This document shows, piece after piece, positions 17,735 through 20,000 of a DNA stretch of 20,000 bases. The notes below the pieces were generated by a model. That model searched no databases, was not told the DNA's origin, and worked only from the letters and a program-made list of their open reading frames with translations. Numbering within the stretch: position 1 is the stretch's first letter; every line of letters begins with the position of its first letter. A program made the position numbers and the translations under genes. The stretch is from Bdellovibrionales bacterium RIFOXYD12_FULL_39_22 (GTDB lineage: Bacteria; Bdellovibrionota; Bacteriovoracia; Bacteriovoracales; Bacteriovoracaceae), in the NCBI GenBank assembly GCA_001770205.1, contig MEQL01000060.1:51989-71988 (forward strand). The letters are read 5' to 3'.

Positions 17735-18412
17735 TTATGCGCTCTCTCCTAGATCAACCTTGCTCTCCACATTTTCCGCCTCTTTTAATTTCTCAACAAC
17801 ATAATGAGCTATGCGCTGTTTTACGTTGGGATTTACTCGCAAAAAGTATATTCCCAATCCCTTAAAACTCTCCTTTTGTGCCGCATATATAATAACTGAG
17901 GGTAGTGAACAGGTCCCCAGCAGTGGATGTTCTACCACGGTGATGGTAACATGCTCTCCCGCTTCAAATCCTGAATCTAGAGGAACATGCAAAAAAGTTC
18001 CTTTCTCGCTGATATCCACGCAACGGGCCTCTAGATACCTATCATTGTTGTGTAAAATAACTATCATCTCAATGGGAGCGCGAGGATAGCGTCTATAAAC
18101 ATTTTCTGAGCCATACTCCCCTTTTCTTTTAGTAACAACTTCCACTTTTTTAACTTGTGCTTGCCCCTTACTTCTACGCGGTGGGGTTGGATATCGCGGA
18201 TATTTCACTAAAAGGTTATGTAGCTCTTGCACTTCATAGAGTCTAATCCACTTATCATCTTTGAAGTTTTCACTCCAAATGTAGTCATCAAATTTAAGTT
18301 TGCCCTCATTATATTTTGCAATAATTTCTGTTAATAAAAATGGGCCGAACGGATCTTTGGAATCTTTATTTGGTAAATACCAACAGGCTTCTTTGTTCAC
18401 AAATCTCTCCAT
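17735..18412 (-). CDS. GYF_2 (DUF4339)-PilZ domain protein
   Basis: N-terminal WY...GPF...I......G.L..DDYIW......W pattern (GYF_2). C-terminal PilZ with intact RRYPR (RxxxR) and DISEKG (DxSxxG). Confidence 0.88.
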   Translation of the reverse strand: MERFVNKEACWYLPNKDSKDPFGPFLLTEIIAKYNEGKLKFDDYIWSENFKDDKWIRLYEVQELHNLLVKYPRYPTPPRRSKGQAQVKKVEVVTKRKGEYGSENVYRRYPRAPIEMIVILHNNDRYLEARCVDISEKGTFLHVPLDSGFEAGEHVTITVVEHPLLGTCSLPSVIIYAAQKESFKGLGIYFLRVNPNVKQRIAHYVVEKLKEAENVESKVDLGESA

Positions 18413-18462
18413 TTTTTATAAGGACATTGCCTACATAATTATTGGATCTTACTCACTCACTC

Positions 18463-18489
18463 CTATCGGATGCTCGAGAAAAAAACTAA
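18463..18489 (-). promoter_or_regulatory. Sigma28 (FliA)-like promoter for the GYF-PilZ/TPR operon
   Basis: Minus strand reads TTAG-N15-TCCGATAG, 50 nt upstream of the ATG. Confidence 0.5.
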
Positions 18490-18537
18490 AGTATTACCCG
18501 ATCTTCCCCTTCAAAAATGGACTCGAGGTTAAGAAAC

Positions 18538-18585
18538 TTTTTAAAAATATTGCCAAAACTCTAAAATGTGCAATATTTTGAAAAA
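18538..18585. repeat. 16-bp inverted repeat (1 mismatch) with a 16-nt spacer
   Basis: TTTTTAAAAATATTGC (18538-18553) / GCAATATTTTGAAAAA (18570-18585). Confidence 0.6.
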
Positions 18586-18703
18586 ACAACTAGGCATGAT
18601 ACCTATTATCTCTCTGATTTTATTAAGCAATGTATTTTCGAATATATGGCATGCTGTAATCAAGAGGACAACAAGGCGCAACTGTGTAGTTGGAGGGAAT
18701 TTT

Positions 18704-19123
18704 ATGACTAGCGCTCGCAAATATCACCTGATCACAGCTAGTGAAGATGAGATTAAACTTGCAAGAGAAGTAGAAAAATCTTTTTCAGAAAAAGGTAGTA
18801 ATGCGAATGACTACGCAAAGCTTGTATCCCCAATTATGGCGCATGACCATTTACGAGAAGCTTTTCGGGCCATTTTAAGTGAGCTGGCAATTGCCTCTTC
18901 AGACAAAAGCTTAACCTCACAAGAGGCAGCAGATTTTCTAGAAGTTTCCAGGCCCCATCTTAATAAATTGCTAGATGCAGGAATTTTGGCCAGTCACAAA
19001 ACTGGCACGCATCGACGAGTTGTCTTTAAAGATCTTATTGAGTATAAGTCAAAAAGAGATCGGGCCTCTGGAGGACTTGAGATCTTGGCCAGCGAATCAG
19101 CAAAGACTAAAACTGGTTGGTAA
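18704..19123 (+). CDS. Excisionase-family (HTH_17) DNA-binding protein, antitoxin-like
   Basis: GGAGG RBS before ATG 18704. LTSQEAADFLEVSRPHLNKLLDAG...KTGTHRRV...DL..YK and C-terminal L..LA.ES, typical of HTH_17 partners of PIN-domain genes. Confidence 0.88.
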   Translation: MTSARKYHLITASEDEIKLAREVEKSFSEKGSNANDYAKLVSPIMAHDHLREAFRAILSELAIASSDKSLTSQEAADFLEVSRPHLNKLLDAGILASHKTGTHRRVVFKDLIEYKSKRDRASGGLEILASESAKTKTGW

Positions 19124-19140
19124 GGATTTTGGGAGTGGTC

Positions 19141-19173
19141 GTGATTAAAGCAGTATTGGATTCTTGTGTTTAA
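19141..19173 (+). pseudogene. Truncated PIN-domain toxin remnant (10 codons)
   Basis: GGGAG RBS, then GTG ATT AAA GCA GTA TTG GAT TCT TGT GTT TAA = MIKAVLDSCV*. This matches the AVLDACVL start of PIN proteins that normally follow this HTH family. Confidence 0.65.
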
Positions 19174-19238
19174 GTTCTTCAAATATTAATAAAAATCGCC
19201 TAAAATTTTGTATACACCTTCTTCTTGGAATAATAGTT

Positions 19239-19907
19239 ATGATTTTAAATCGCATTGCAAGCATCAAACCGCACCATCTCCTCGACGTCGGCTGCGGTTG
19301 TGGAAATTTCACAGCGCAAATAGCACCTTATTGCAAGTTTATTACTGCGATTGATACTTCAGATGTCTGGCTCAAAAGGGCCCAAAATGAACAGAAACTT
19401 TCTAATGTAAAATTTGAAAAAATGGACGCACAAGATATTTCCTTTCAAGGTAAGACCTTTGATGTTGTGATATCGCGTGCAACTCTTCATCATGTCAATC
19501 GTTGGCAACAAGCTATTGATCATATGCTCAGAGTTTCTAAAAATAGAGTACTAATTGAAGAACCATTTGATGACTTACGATCTGAGTCTCGAAAAAACAC
19601 TTATGACGTTCAGCAATTTTTTCTCGAACTTCAAAATGAGATCGGCTACTCACACTTTAACCATATTGAACCCAAGCTTGTAAGTGAGTATCTAAAAAAT
19701 AAAGGCGTGCAGTTTGAAATGGAAATTAAAAAATCTGATGACCAACTAGATTTTAATGATCATTTTGGGCCATTTGATTCATTTGTACAAAAATCTTCTC
19801 GTAAAGAAGAATGGATCGAGCGTTACTCAAGGTTAAAAGAAAAATATGCTGCCAAGGAATTTACAGCGCCAGATACTATACTATTCTCCATCTTCTTGCA
19901 TGACTGA
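19239..19907 (+). CDS. Class I SAM-dependent methyltransferase
   Basis: LLDVGCGCG motif I, TAIDTS, MDAQ...FDVV...TLHH. Likely start is ATG 19239. Confidence 0.88.
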   Translation: MILNRIASIKPHHLLDVGCGCGNFTAQIAPYCKFITAIDTSDVWLKRAQNEQKLSNVKFEKMDAQDISFQGKTFDVVISRATLHHVNRWQQAIDHMLRVSKNRVLIEEPFDDLRSESRKNTYDVQQFFLELQNEIGYSHFNHIEPKLVSEYLKNKGVQFEMEIKKSDDQLDFNDHFGPFDSFVQKSSRKEEWIERYSRLKEKYAAKEFTAPDTILFSIFLHD

Positions 19908-19928
19908 GCCTACTAGTACTGCGACAAT

Positions 19929-20000
19929 TTAATTTTTGCCGGTTTTTACCCTACTTTTTTTGGGCTTAATTCGTTTTAATACAAGAATATTTCGATCTTC
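19929..20000 (-). CDS. 3' end of a CDS entering from the right edge, product undetermined
   Basis: Open frame EDRNILVLKRIKPKKSRVKTGKN* ending at 19929, convergent with the methyltransferase. Confidence 0.45.
   Translation of the reverse strand, partial: EDRNILVLKRIKPKKSRVKTGKN

Noticed and set aside
18566..19123. Excisionase-like gene as evidence of a prophage or ICE, and the extended 185-aa N-terminus
   Set aside because: No integrase, att/tRNA site or phage genes are present, so the TA-type context fits better. The RBS supports ATG 18704.
19164..19238. N-terminal extension of the methyltransferase, or a frameshifted PIN continuation
   Set aside because: The translation resembles neither a PIN domain nor a methyltransferase. 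It is probably non-coding.
19929..20000. Possible RsmG-like C-terminus
   Set aside because: Only 23 residues are visible, too few to assign.
1..20000. CRISPR arrays, tRNA/rRNA genes, IS elements
   Set aside because: No spaced direct repeats, cloverleaf or rRNA signatures, or transposase ORFs were seen, and the intergenic gaps are short.

Overview
AT-rich (roughly 38% GC by eye), gene-dense bacterial chromosome window. The gene content suggests Bdellovibrionota (Bacteriovoracia-like); this is an inference from a PopA-like outer-membrane barrel, a Glt-like TPR protein, a GYF_2-PilZ protein and RxPA(S) motifs. Recognisable genes are partial lysC, ettA, mntP, a peroxiredoxin plus superoxide-reductase operon and folD. 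Other coding regions include an orphan two-domain T2SSF/Tad-like membrane protein, a secreted HExxH protein, a Cys-rich lipoprotein esterase, two outer-membrane beta-barrels, an EF-hand-like lipoprotein, an excisionase-type HTH gene and a SAM methyltransferase. Several things are missed by the ORF track: the lysC 5' end, a 52-aa membrane/secreted small protein with a strong RBS, a 10-codon remnant of a PIN-toxin gene, and the 3' end of a CDS at the right edge. Non-coding signals include an OxyR-like box upstream of ahpC, several sigma28-like promoters, an anti-SD hairpin at ettA, and strong over-representation of the palindrome GGCC. I found no CRISPR array, rRNA, tRNA or intact mobile element. 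No single clearly novel multi-gene system can be proven from the sequence. The best candidates are the GGCC signature, the GYF-PilZ plus composite Glt-like TPR module, and the SOR/Prx/MntP redox island.
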